Of a stretch of 64,000 bases of DNA, positions 8,974-16,963 are shown piece by piece. The notes below the pieces were generated by a model that saw only the letters and a program-made list of their open reading frames with translations, was not told the origin of the DNA and did not search any database. The DNA is from a virus. Lineage: Duplodnaviria; Caudoviricetes. The DNA is taken from positions 4,746 to 68,745 of IMG/VR virus record IMGVR_UViG_2974545560_000001; one strand, 5' to 3'. The position numbers and the translations under genes are program-made. The first letter of the stretch is position 1; every line of letters begins with the position of its first letter.

Positions 8974-10121
8974 GTGATCTGATACTCAATCCGCAGCAAG
9001 ACGCGGCAGTCAAAGATGCAGTTCAATGGTACAAGGGATTCAGGGACGGCCGACACCGGCTTAAAGTCTATTTCCTTTCGGGCTACGCTGGCACGGGTAA
9101 GACGACGGTGGCAAAGCTCGTGGCTACGCGGTGTGCAGGCGACCGGGTTGTCTTCATCGCCCCAACGGGTAAGGCTGCGAGCCGGTTGCGCCTTAAAGGC
9201 GCTCCCAACGCAACCACCCTCCACTCATTCCTTTACCGAGTCGTTGGAGAGACAATTGACGATGAGCCAATTTTCGTTTCCAAAGGCACGCTTGACGTTC
9301 GCCCGCTGCTGATTGTTCTGGACGAAGCTTGCATGGTAAGTGAATGGGACGTTAACAACCTTCTGGCATTGAATATTCCAATCCTGGCGCTTGGCGACAT
9401 CGGCCAGGTTGAGCCGGTAAAAGGAAAGGCCTACTTTAAGGAAGGGCGTGAGAATTCACTGTTGGAGCAGATCATGCGCCAGGGTGAAGAGTCCAACATC
9501 ATCAGGGCTTCATTCTTCGTTCGCAAAGGTGGACGCTTGCCTGTTCGTGAGTACGACGATGTAAAGGTAAGGATTGGCCGACCGACTCAGCGGGACATCT
9601 TGAACCACACCGGCGAAGATAGCGTGATGCTTTGCGCATACAACAGCACCCGCAACTACCTGAACACGCGTGCGCGCGTCGCGCTTGGGTACTCAGGTCG
9701 CGTCCCGGCCATAGGTGAAAAGGTCATATGCACCTTCAACCAGCACACATGCGGGTTCTTCAATGGCGAGCAGGGAATAGTGCTTGGGTATGAGGAATTG
9801 AATATTGAAGAGGCCGCCAAGCAGGAGAACGAAGGTCTTTCATGGATTGTTCTACGTTCATTAACGGATGGCCGCGAATTCAAAGCATTCTTTAATATTA
9901 ATTGCTTTGAGGCGGATGAATATGAAATACGCCAGATGCACCAAAAGGCCAAGGGCGGCTTTGATTTCGGTTACGCATTGACAATTCATAAATCCCAGGG
10001 TAGTGAGTGGGACAACGTATTATTGATGGAGGAAACACTTCCAGCGTCGCCGTATCACAAGTTGATGTATACGGGAATAACCCGCGCGGCCAAGAATCTT
10101 ATGTTCTTTAGAAAGAACTGA
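8970..10121 (+). CDS. RecD/Dda-like SF1B DNA helicase
   Basis: GYAGTGKT, IAPTGKAA, LDEACMV, GDIGQVEPV, TIHKSQGSEWDNV and YTGITRA motifs. Confidence 0.9.
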   Translation: MSDLILNPQQDAAVKDAVQWYKGFRDGRHRLKVYFLSGYAGTGKTTVAKLVATRCAGDRVVFIAPTGKAASRLRLKGAPNATTLHSFLYRVVGETIDDEPIFVSKGTLDVRPLLIVLDEACMVSEWDVNNLLALNIPILALGDIGQVEPVKGKAYFKEGRENSLLEQIMRQGEESNIIRASFFVRKGGRLPVREYDDVKVRIGRPTQRDILNHTGEDSVMLCAYNSTRNYLNTRARVALGYSGRVPAIGEKVICTFNQHTCGFFNGEQGIVLGYEELNIEEAAKQENEGLSWIVLRSLTDGREFKAFFNINCFEADEYEIRQMHQKAKGGFDFGYALTIHKSQGSEWDNVLLMEETLPASPYHKLMYTGITRAAKNLMFFRKN

Positions 10122-10196
10122 CGCGAACACCTTTACTTATATTTACGCTGGGAATTCCAGATGGTAAAATTTATTTAGAATTCCCAAATAAAATAC

Positions 10197-10225
10197 TTGC
10201 CTTATTTACTGGGCAAAGAGATAAT
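10197..10225 (+). promoter_or_regulatory. sigma70-like promoter
   Basis: TTGCCT-17-GATAAT; TTGCC/GGCAA inverted repeat. Confidence 0.6.
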
Positions 10226-10282
10226 TGTTTTCACCAAGGGGAATCGCCCCTAAACTTAAATGTAATGTAATTGGAGAGTCTC

Positions 10283-11140
10283 ATGGAACAGAAAGCAAAG
10301 AAAGGCGCTTCTAAAGAAGCTGAAACCAAAGAGCAGAAAGAAGCGCGCATCGCAGCTGAGCGCCAAGCCAAAGCGGAACAGCGTGAAGCTGATCGCAAGA
10401 AGAAAGAAGCGGAGCGCGAAGAAGCCAACCGCCTGCGCCAGGAAAAGCGTGACGCTGAGAACAAAAAGCGTCAGGAAGAGCGCGAAGCCAAAGCGAAAGA
10501 GCGCGCAGAAAAAGCTGAAGCCGCCGCCAAAGAGCGCCAGATCAAGCGTGAGCAAGAGCGCGCTGCAAAAGCTGAAGAGCGCGCCAAGGCCAAAGAAGAA
10601 GCCAAGGCCAAGGCCGCTGAAGAGAAGCTGAAGAAAGACGCTGAAAAAGAGCAGCTGAAAGCTGAAGCTAAAAAGGCCAAAGAAGAAGCGCGCGCGCAGA
10701 AAGCCGCCGAGCGCAAAGAAGCTGCCGAAGCCGCCAAGCAGGCGCGCAAAGCCGAAGCCGAAGCCCGTCGCCAGGCGCTGGCTGATCGTAAAGCAGCGAA
10801 CAAAGTTGAAGGCGGTCGCCGTCCACGCGCAACCCACTTCATCTACACCGGTAACGGCCTGTCCACCCCGCAGGCGTATTCGATTCGCGGCAAAGTATTT
10901 GAGTACATCAAAGAAAACTGCGTAATCGGTGAGCCGGTTGAGATCAACGCCTTTGGCGAGCGTGTGAAAGGTCTGCTGTACAGCAACCCTGTGCGTCAGT
11001 TCCTGTCCAAGCTGGAAGAAATGGGCCACCTGGAGTTCATCGTCGTTGATGCTCCGGCGCAGGAACCAGAGCTGGAAGCCGCTGACAAAGCCGCTGCTGG
11101 TGAGCCAGTGGAAGGTGTTGAACAGGGTCACGCCGAATAA
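10283..11140 (+). CDS. E/K/R/A-rich charged helical protein with a C-terminal globular (possibly winged-helix) domain
   Basis: About 170 aa of charged helix followed by a compact domain; strong codon bias; GGAG RBS at 10273. Confidence 0.8.
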   Translation: MEQKAKKGASKEAETKEQKEARIAAERQAKAEQREADRKKKEAEREEANRLRQEKRDAENKKRQEEREAKAKERAEKAEAAAKERQIKREQERAAKAEERAKAKEEAKAKAAEEKLKKDAEKEQLKAEAKKAKEEARAQKAAERKEAAEAAKQARKAEAEARRQALADRKAANKVEGGRRPRATHFIYTGNGLSTPQAYSIRGKVFEYIKENCVIGEPVEINAFGERVKGLLYSNPVRQFLSKLEEMGHLEFIVVDAPAQEPELEAADKAAAGEPVEGVEQGHAE

Positions 11141-11142
11141 GG

Positions 11143-11171
11143 TTGACCGACACAATCCGTTAGGGTATTAT
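11143..11171 (+). promoter_or_regulatory. sigma70-like promoter
   Basis: TTGACC(11143-48)-17-TATTAT(11166-71). Confidence 0.75.
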
Positions 11172-11176
11172 TGTTT

Positions 11177-11267
11177 GACTCTCCAGTTGCAGCTGGTAAC
11201 ATAATACTCTTTCGGATGTAGTTTAGTGTAGCGATTAAGGCCAGTCTCCCACCTGGCCTTTCTTTTT
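11177..11267 (+). ncRNA. Candidate small non-coding RNA of about 90 nt
   Basis: Lies between a near-consensus promoter and an intrinsic terminator; the only ATG is followed directly by TAG. Confidence 0.4.
11237..11267 (+). terminator. Rho-independent terminator
   Basis: AAGGCCAG-8 nt loop-CTGGCCTT followed by TCTTTTT. Confidence 0.75.
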
Positions 11268-11325
11268 GCCTGAAATTCAGCTATAATTGAATTGCCTATT
11301 ACTCCATCCACTTCGGTGATATCGA

Positions 11326-12264
11326 ATGAACAACATCAACATTATCGGCGGCGGCCTTGCTGGCCTTATTGCCGCGCATCACTTCCGTGGCGCTCATGTG
11401 TTTGAAGCCGGCCCACGTAAACAAATGCACAAAGCCCTTCTCCGCTTCCGCTCCGACGACGTATCCAACATCACTGGCGTTCCATTCCGCAAGGTTCGCG
11501 TATACAAAGAAGTCCATCACAACGGCAATATCTATCAGGGCAAGTGCCCGGTAAGCCTTGCGAACATGTATGCCAAGAAAGTAACCGGCTCTATCGCCGG
11601 TCGCAGTATTATGAAGTTGGAAGAGTGTGATCGCTACATCGCCCCGGACGACTTCTATGAGACGCTCTGCGATCGACTGGAGAGCGAAGGGCGGCTACAT
11701 TTCAACGCCCCTATTGACGCATCCTCGATCAACGTTCAAGGGGCATCGTGGATCAATACCGCGCCGCTTCCGGTTATCCTCAAGATTTTGGGGATTGAAG
11801 GTTTTGACTTGATGGAAGGGTTCAAGCGCGCGCCAATCACCGTTGCACGTTATAAGGTTAAGACACCTTGTGACGTGTACCAAACCATTTATTTCCCGGA
11901 TGAGTACATCAGTCTTTTCCGCGCATCCATCACTGGCGACGTCCTAATCGTTGAGTCAATGAACAACTTCCAAACTCACAACAACGCAGTATCTGCGGCT
12001 GCGGCATTTGGTCTGTCTGGTAAGGATATTGACTTTGACGCTGGCGAAGTGGTAGACCAAGCCTATGGCAAGATCATGGACTTGGAAGCCCGCGCCAGAG
12101 AATCTACCCTTTACCAACTCACCAACCAATACAACATCTTCTCATTGGGGCGTTTCGCTACTTGGCGCAACATCCTGCTGGACGATGTTGCCGACGACCT
12201 ACCGAAGATTGAGCGCTTGATCAACGCTTCTCAGTACGGCCGCGAGAAGCTTCTGAAACTCTGA
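11326..12264 (+). CDS. FAD-dependent oxidoreductase, distantly like UDP-galactopyranose mutase
   Basis: IIGGGLAGL (GxGxxG) plus VFEAG FAD-binding fold; C-terminal SLGRFATWRN resembles Glf GRLAEYRY. Confidence 0.8.
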   Translation: MNNINIIGGGLAGLIAAHHFRGAHVFEAGPRKQMHKALLRFRSDDVSNITGVPFRKVRVYKEVHHNGNIYQGKCPVSLANMYAKKVTGSIAGRSIMKLEECDRYIAPDDFYETLCDRLESEGRLHFNAPIDASSINVQGASWINTAPLPVILKILGIEGFDLMEGFKRAPITVARYKVKTPCDVYQTIYFPDEYISLFRASITGDVLIVESMNNFQTHNNAVSAAAAFGLSGKDIDFDAGEVVDQAYGKIMDLEARARESTLYQLTNQYNIFSLGRFATWRNILLDDVADDLPKIERLINASQYGREKLLKL

Positions 12265-12300
12265 TGCGTGTATCAAGTTACAAAATACTCCACTCAACTA

Positions 12301-12329
12301 TTGACGATGGCGCTATTAGGCGCCATAAT
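12301..12329 (+). promoter_or_regulatory. sigma70-like promoter with 7-bp inverted repeat
   Basis: TTGACG-17-CATAAT; ATGGCGC/GCGCCAT. Confidence 0.7.
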
Positions 12330-12356
12330 CATCTTACCCAATTAAGGAGTAAGATT

Positions 12357-12617
12357 ATGACCGACCTCTATGAACGTCTGGCGCCGATAACAGGCCAACA
12401 GATGGACTTGCACGTCATTCTGGCGATGCCTAGTTCATCCAAGCACGGCCACTTCATCCTCATAGAGGAATTCGGAATCGGCGATGAAGCTGAAGTCAAT
12501 AGCATCGGCCTTGTGACCGAGTATCAATTTGAACTGCTCTGCAAAGTCATCGGCGGCGAACAAACAAAAACCGTAAACACGCAGGGCGTTGTACGTGTTG
12601 AAATAAAATACGACTAA
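12357..12617 (+). CDS. Small hypothetical protein in the nucleotide-metabolism cassette
   Basis: Start refined to ATG 12357 (AAGGAG RBS, downstream of the 12301 promoter); 86 aa. Confidence 0.65.
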   Translation: MTDLYERLAPITGQQMDLHVILAMPSSSKHGHFILIEEFGIGDEAEVNSIGLVTEYQFELLCKVIGGEQTKTVNTQGVVRVEIKYD

Positions 12618-12628
12618 GAAGGCGCAAC

Positions 12629-13429
12629 ATGAAAGTTAAACTCATTCGCTACACACCCGATGCCCTGGATTTGCTTCTGGAGACTAAAAACACGCGCATG
12701 GCAGGAAAGCCGGTTGACCAGATGACCGACGCTGAAAAGCAAGAGCACTGGCTGTACATGCTTGACACCATCAAGTCTCCTTTTGACTTCGTTGACTATA
12801 TCTTTGATATCACCGAAGTCTCCAAGAATATGACTCACCAGATGGTTCGTACTCGCACCGGGGCTTATCAGGAGCGCACCAGCCGCGCTCAAGAGTCGTC
12901 TGCATTTGACGCCATTCGCCCGGCGGCGTTTGAGCACCCTGACCCATACTGCGTTTGGAGTCCTGAACAAGAGGCACAGCACTGCAGGGCAACCATATGG
13001 GACGATGGCATGGCGAACATTGACGCCTTGTATCAGGAGCTTCGCGAATCCGGGGCGGAAATACAAGATGCGCGCTCCATCCTGCCGTCCAACATGGCGA
13101 CGCATATCACCGCCAAGTTCAATCTTCGCACGTTAAGCGAAATGGCCAAGAACCGCCTTTGCACTCGCACCCAGGGAGAATACCAGCACGTGTTCCGAGC
13201 CATGGTTGCAGAGGTGCTATCAGTACACCCTTGGGCGAATCCTCTGTTACAACCGTCCTGCATCGGCGTCGGTAAGTGTGCGTTTCCGCGCCACGGTAAG
13301 GCTCATTGCGCCTGGTATCGCCCTTGGATGGATACCACGAAAGAACAAGAGGAACTGCGGATTCAGTTTTGGGATTCCGCGCCTTTGACAAATAACCCAG
13401 TCGCCAAAGATGGCAAATCGAAAGGATAA
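12629..13429 (+). CDS. thyX: ThyX-family (flavin-dependent thymidylate synthase-like) protein with a divergent active-site motif
   Basis: FDITEVSKNMTHQMVRTRTGAYQERTSR and ARSILPSNMATHITAKFNLRTL...RLCTRTQGE align with ThyX motifs. Confidence 0.85.
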   Translation: MKVKLIRYTPDALDLLLETKNTRMAGKPVDQMTDAEKQEHWLYMLDTIKSPFDFVDYIFDITEVSKNMTHQMVRTRTGAYQERTSRAQESSAFDAIRPAAFEHPDPYCVWSPEQEAQHCRATIWDDGMANIDALYQELRESGAEIQDARSILPSNMATHITAKFNLRTLSEMAKNRLCTRTQGEYQHVFRAMVAEVLSVHPWANPLLQPSCIGVGKCAFPRHGKAHCAWYRPWMDTTKEQEELRIQFWDSAPLTNNPVAKDGKSKG

Positions 13430-13433
13430 ATAA

Positions 13434-14852
13434 ATGCGTAATCTGAAAGGTTGTAAAATCGCCGTATTCGATATGGACAACTGCATCATCGACGACCGTC
13501 ATCGTCAACACCTGATTAACATGGCTGATCCCTTGGAAACGCGCTATAAGCGCTACCACGAAGCCATGGCGGATGATCGGCCATTTGCGTTCGGAGCGAT
13601 GTTGATCAAGCACTTGTCCGAACGCGGTTGGATGATCGTAATTAATACCGCGCGGCCGCGCGAATACGAGAACCAAACCCGCTATCAGCTGAATCACATC
13701 GGTGTTCGGGAAACCGCATTGGTGGCCGCGCTGATGCGTGACAAAGAAGACTTCGGAATTCCTTCTGATAAACTCAAGCCTGCGAAGCTTGACAAGTTCA
13801 TTCGTGAACACGGAATCGAAGGGTGTGAAATGGTCACGTTTGACGACCGCCCAGATGTGGTTGAATCTTATTCTGCATATTTTGGCACGGACTCTCGAAC
13901 GAATCATTTCTTGCTGACTGGCCCAACCATGATCTGTCCTGTTGATTATTACTCGTTACTGGCTGCTCACAAGGCGTTCAAAGGCGAAGAGTTGCCGAAG
14001 ACGGAAAATGCCATTCCTGCGGATGTCAGTCTGAAGTTTGATTTATCGTTGAGCATTTATGCCTCACACAAGGCTATTGATTGGCTTCAATCTCAGTTCA
14101 GATTCTTCAATTCGAACAGGAAAGCCGCAAGAGCCTGGCAGATGTCAGATTTTCCCGGTGCCGAAATATATAATCTGAAGCGCGCGATTGATCGCGTCAA
14201 AGAGGATGAGTTGTACGCCATTAAAACCGGCCTTGGTAAGACAACGCCATCCATTGGCTTTGATGTTGCTAATGGCGGCGATCTGACTAAGGCTATCGAC
14301 GCAAACGTAAAATTCCTGTCTGGTCTTTTGAACGTGCCAGAACATCTTTTGAGCGGTGCCAAAGTTCCTGAATGCACTTGCCCAATCACATATTTCAGCC
14401 TTACCAGTGGTGGATCTTCTCACGGTTTAAGATATGTCAGTTCATGCCCTATTCATGGCGAGTTGCTTAAAACGCCAGAAACGGCAAATTGTCGCTGCAT
14501 ACAAGAGCCGCTAAAAGAAAAACCGTTGAAGCAGCGAACAGCAGCTGACGTCTTGGCTGAAATGGCCGATACGTTCCGCGAGCGTAACGCCGTCTATAAG
14601 GACAACGCAGCGAAGGTGGGCGAAGTCATGGCCGTTCTGTTCCCTGACGGCGTAACACTTAATACGGCCGCTGATCACAAGTTCTACCATCTGTTTGAGC
14701 TGCTGATCGTCAAGCTTACCCGTTTCACCAACAGCGGCCTGAAGCATGAAGACTCTGTTCATGATCTGACTGTTTACGGCGCAATGCTGGAAGCCATTGG
14801 CGTTATGAATCACAACATCAAAACCGGCGCAAGTGAAGATAAAGACGATTAA
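13434..14852 (+). CDS. Fusion: HAD phosphatase (T4 PNKP-phosphatase-like) + unknown Cys-rich middle + DUF6378-like all-alpha NTP-pyrophosphohydrolase domain
   Basis: VFDMDNC (DxD), INTAR, LKP and TFDDRPDV HAD motifs; C-terminal RERNAVYKDN...VKLTRF...HEDSVHDLTVYGAML. Confidence 0.75.
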   Translation: MRNLKGCKIAVFDMDNCIIDDRHRQHLINMADPLETRYKRYHEAMADDRPFAFGAMLIKHLSERGWMIVINTARPREYENQTRYQLNHIGVRETALVAALMRDKEDFGIPSDKLKPAKLDKFIREHGIEGCEMVTFDDRPDVVESYSAYFGTDSRTNHFLLTGPTMICPVDYYSLLAAHKAFKGEELPKTENAIPADVSLKFDLSLSIYASHKAIDWLQSQFRFFNSNRKAARAWQMSDFPGAEIYNLKRAIDRVKEDELYAIKTGLGKTTPSIGFDVANGGDLTKAIDANVKFLSGLLNVPEHLLSGAKVPECTCPITYFSLTSGGSSHGLRYVSSCPIHGELLKTPETANCRCIQEPLKEKPLKQRTAADVLAEMADTFRERNAVYKDNAAKVGEVMAVLFPDGVTLNTAADHKFYHLFELLIVKLTRFTNSGLKHEDSVHDLTVYGAMLEAIGVMNHNIKTGASEDKDD

Positions 14853-14855
14853 CGG

Positions 14856-14884
14856 TTGACTGCAGGCCAAGGATGGCCGATAAT
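14856..14884 (+). promoter_or_regulatory. sigma70-like promoter
   Basis: TTGACT-17-GATAAT; GGCCA/TGGCC inverted repeat in the spacer. Confidence 0.7.
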
Positions 14885-14922
14885 ATATCTAATTTCAACG
14901 AAGTACAGAAAAGGAAAGTGAA

Positions 14923-15600
14923 ATGCGTATTTTAGTTACCGGTGGTGCAAGCGGTCTTGGTAAAGCGATTGTTGACGCTATCAACAAATCGAAAGGTCAC
15001 AGCGCGGTTACATACGACATCGCCAATGGCGACGATGTCACCGACCCACAAGGCTCTGACTGGATTTATCACGAGAAGTTCGATGCGCTGATCAACTGTG
15101 CAGGCGTCAACCGCAACGAATGGTTTAGTGATATTTCTCGTGATGGCGCTCAACACGTCATGGACGTTAACGCCTTCAGCATGGTGTATATGACGCAAGC
15201 ACTTTTGAAGACTCTCATTGAGTCCAAAGGCTTCGTCCTGAACATCGTGTCTAACGCCGCGCACATCCCGATGACCTCCAGCCTGGCCTACAACGCCTCC
15301 AAAGCTGCGGCGCTCATGATCACCAAGCAGATGGCACACGAACTGACGCCGAAATTCGGCATCACCGTGTTCTCCATCAGCCCGAACAAGCTGCGTGGCA
15401 CCGGCATGTCGAAGCAGATTGAAGATAATGTCTGTAAGACGCGCGGCTGGACGCCTGAATTTGCAGCGGAGTACCAGAAAAAGGCGCTCATGCATGGCCT
15501 GGAAACTGAGCCGCAAGCCATCGCGGATTATATCGTTCACCTGTTGGATACCGGCAACTGGAAGTTCATGTCTGGTACTGACATCCCATTCGGTAAATAA
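14923..15600 (+). CDS. Classical short-chain dehydrogenase/reductase (SDR)
   Basis: VTGGASGLG (TGxxxGxG), LINCAGV, NIVS, catalytic YNASK and SISP motifs. Confidence 0.92.
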   Translation: MRILVTGGASGLGKAIVDAINKSKGHSAVTYDIANGDDVTDPQGSDWIYHEKFDALINCAGVNRNEWFSDISRDGAQHVMDVNAFSMVYMTQALLKTLIESKGFVLNIVSNAAHIPMTSSLAYNASKAAALMITKQMAHELTPKFGITVFSISPNKLRGTGMSKQIEDNVCKTRGWTPEFAAEYQKKALMHGLETEPQAIADYIVHLLDTGNWKFMSGTDIPFGK

Positions 15601-15601
15601 T

Positions 15602-15796
15602 ATGGCAAGACTGGTATATCGTAAGGTCGGCGAAGTTCTTCAAGTTCAAATTGAAGACGATCACGGCAATATGGTTGATATGACCATGGTCAATTGCCAC
15701 GTGGTTAATAACTCCACCCAAGGTGACATTCAAGAAGTTGTCATCGAAGGGGTGGAACGTACAATGATCCAAAAAGCAACTGCTAAGGGTAAATAA
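15602..15796 (+). CDS. Small hypothetical protein (64 aa)
   Basis: ATG 15602 just after the SDR stop; TAATG overlap with the VOC gene. Confidence 0.6.
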   Translation: MARLVYRKVGEVLQVQIEDDHGNMVDMTMVNCHVVNNSTQGDIQEVVIEGVERTMIQKATAKGK

Positions 15797-16326
15797 TGCT
15801 CAAGTTTCAAATCCAACAAATCGCACTGTCCATTCCTGACGCGCAGCGCGCTCAAGACTTCCTGGCAAAAATCGGCCTGACCGAATGGTTCCACGATCAC
15901 GTTGTGGCCAAAGGCTTCGTTTTCAAAGATCACCCTTACAAAGGCTCGAATCATGAAGAAACCAACGAAGCAGACTTGCGATTCAACTATCAGGCCGGCA
16001 GTGGTGCTGATGCGGAAGCTGCCAAGCCGCTGGAATTGGAGATTCTGGATTATCGCAAAGGCGACAACTGGATCAACGAAAACGTCTGCAACGAAGACGC
16101 CCACGACAATCAGGTTTCCCACCTGGGCATGCACGTAAGCGCTGAAGAGCTGGTGCAGTGGCGCGACTTCTTCGCCGCCGAAGGCATCCAGGTGGCTCAG
16201 GAAGTAAACACTGAAAGCCATACGAACCCGGCAATCAAGGACACGCGCCGTTACAACTACGTGATCTTTGATACACGCGACATCATCGGTGTCGATTTGA
16301 AATTTATCGTTCGCAAAGACATCTAA
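15796..16326 (+). CDS. VOC/glyoxalase-fold protein (methylmalonyl-CoA epimerase-like)
   Basis: IQQIALSI, ELEILDY, VSHLGMHV and final GVDLKFI beta-alpha-beta-beta-beta pattern. Confidence 0.75.
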   Translation: MLKFQIQQIALSIPDAQRAQDFLAKIGLTEWFHDHVVAKGFVFKDHPYKGSNHEETNEADLRFNYQAGSGADAEAAKPLELEILDYRKGDNWINENVCNEDAHDNQVSHLGMHVSAEELVQWRDFFAAEGIQVAQEVNTESHTNPAIKDTRRYNYVIFDTRDIIGVDLKFIVRKDI

Positions 16327-16350
16327 TCTGATCCAATATCAGGTATAATA

Positions 16351-16378
16351 AAAGGGCGTCCATATGGGTGCCCTTTTT
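16351..16378 (+). terminator. Rho-independent terminator closing the SDR-VOC unit
   Basis: AAAGGGCGTCC-ATAT-GGGTGCCCTTTTT hairpin with U tract. Confidence 0.6.
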
Positions 16379-16399
16379 ACTATAACGTGGAGAACAAGT

Positions 16400-16963
16400 A
16401 TGAGCGTTATTAAAGCGCCGTTGTTTTCAGTCTTTGACTATGAAACGACAGGGCTGAACAAACACCCTCAAGCAAGTCTTGAATACCAAGCAAAGCCAAT
16501 AGAATTCGCTGGAATTATCACCGATGGTATTGAGATCATCGATCAGTTAGAATTCATCTGCAATCCAGGCCAGGCAATCGATGAAATAATCACCAAGATA
16601 ACAGGCCTGACTAATGCAGATTTGGACGATAAGCCGCCATTCAAGCACTTCGTTCCTGAGTTGAAATCATTCTTCTCTCAGGCAGACGTTGCAGTCGCGC
16701 ACAACCTTTCATTCGATACGCAGATCATGCAATACGCAATGGCGCGGCTCGGATTAGGTCTGGACGACATCTGTTATCCAAAGCGCCTGTGTTGTACGGT
16801 TGAACAGACGTCTCCGCTTTACGGATATGACCGTAAGTTACAAGACTTGTACAACGAACTGGTCGGTGAATATACTCAGAAACACCGGGCGATGGACGAT
16901 ATTTTGATGCTGCACGAGGTGTGTAAAGTCCTCGGCATCTACAAAGCATTTGGAGGCAAGTAA
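16400..16963 (+). CDS. DEDDh 3'-5' exonuclease (Pol III epsilon-like)
   Basis: VFDYETTG, VAHNLSFD and HRAMDD motifs. Confidence 0.9.
   Translation: MSVIKAPLFSVFDYETTGLNKHPQASLEYQAKPIEFAGIITDGIEIIDQLEFICNPGQAIDEIITKITGLTNADLDDKPPFKHFVPELKSFFSQADVAVAHNLSFDTQIMQYAMARLGLGLDDICYPKRLCCTVEQTSPLYGYDRKLQDLYNELVGEYTQKHRAMDDILMLHEVCKVLGIYKAFGGK

Noticed and set aside
10256-11155. 299-aa Phe/Leu-rich minus-strand ORF
   Set aside because: Exact antisense shadow of the Lys/Glu-rich gene; its composition mirrors AAA/GAA codons.
11172-11280. Possible tRNA
   Set aside because: No cloverleaf, T-loop (TTCG is present but without tRNA arms) or CCA end; treated as an sRNA candidate instead.
11326-16326. Known modification systems (dZ/PurZ, 7-deazaguanine, 5hmC-glucosyl, 5hmU kinase pathways)
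   Set aside because: No PurZ, QueC/D/E, FolE, DpdA, ThyA-fold hydroxymethylase, dCMP deaminase, glycosyltransferase or DNA kinase motifs seen in the window.
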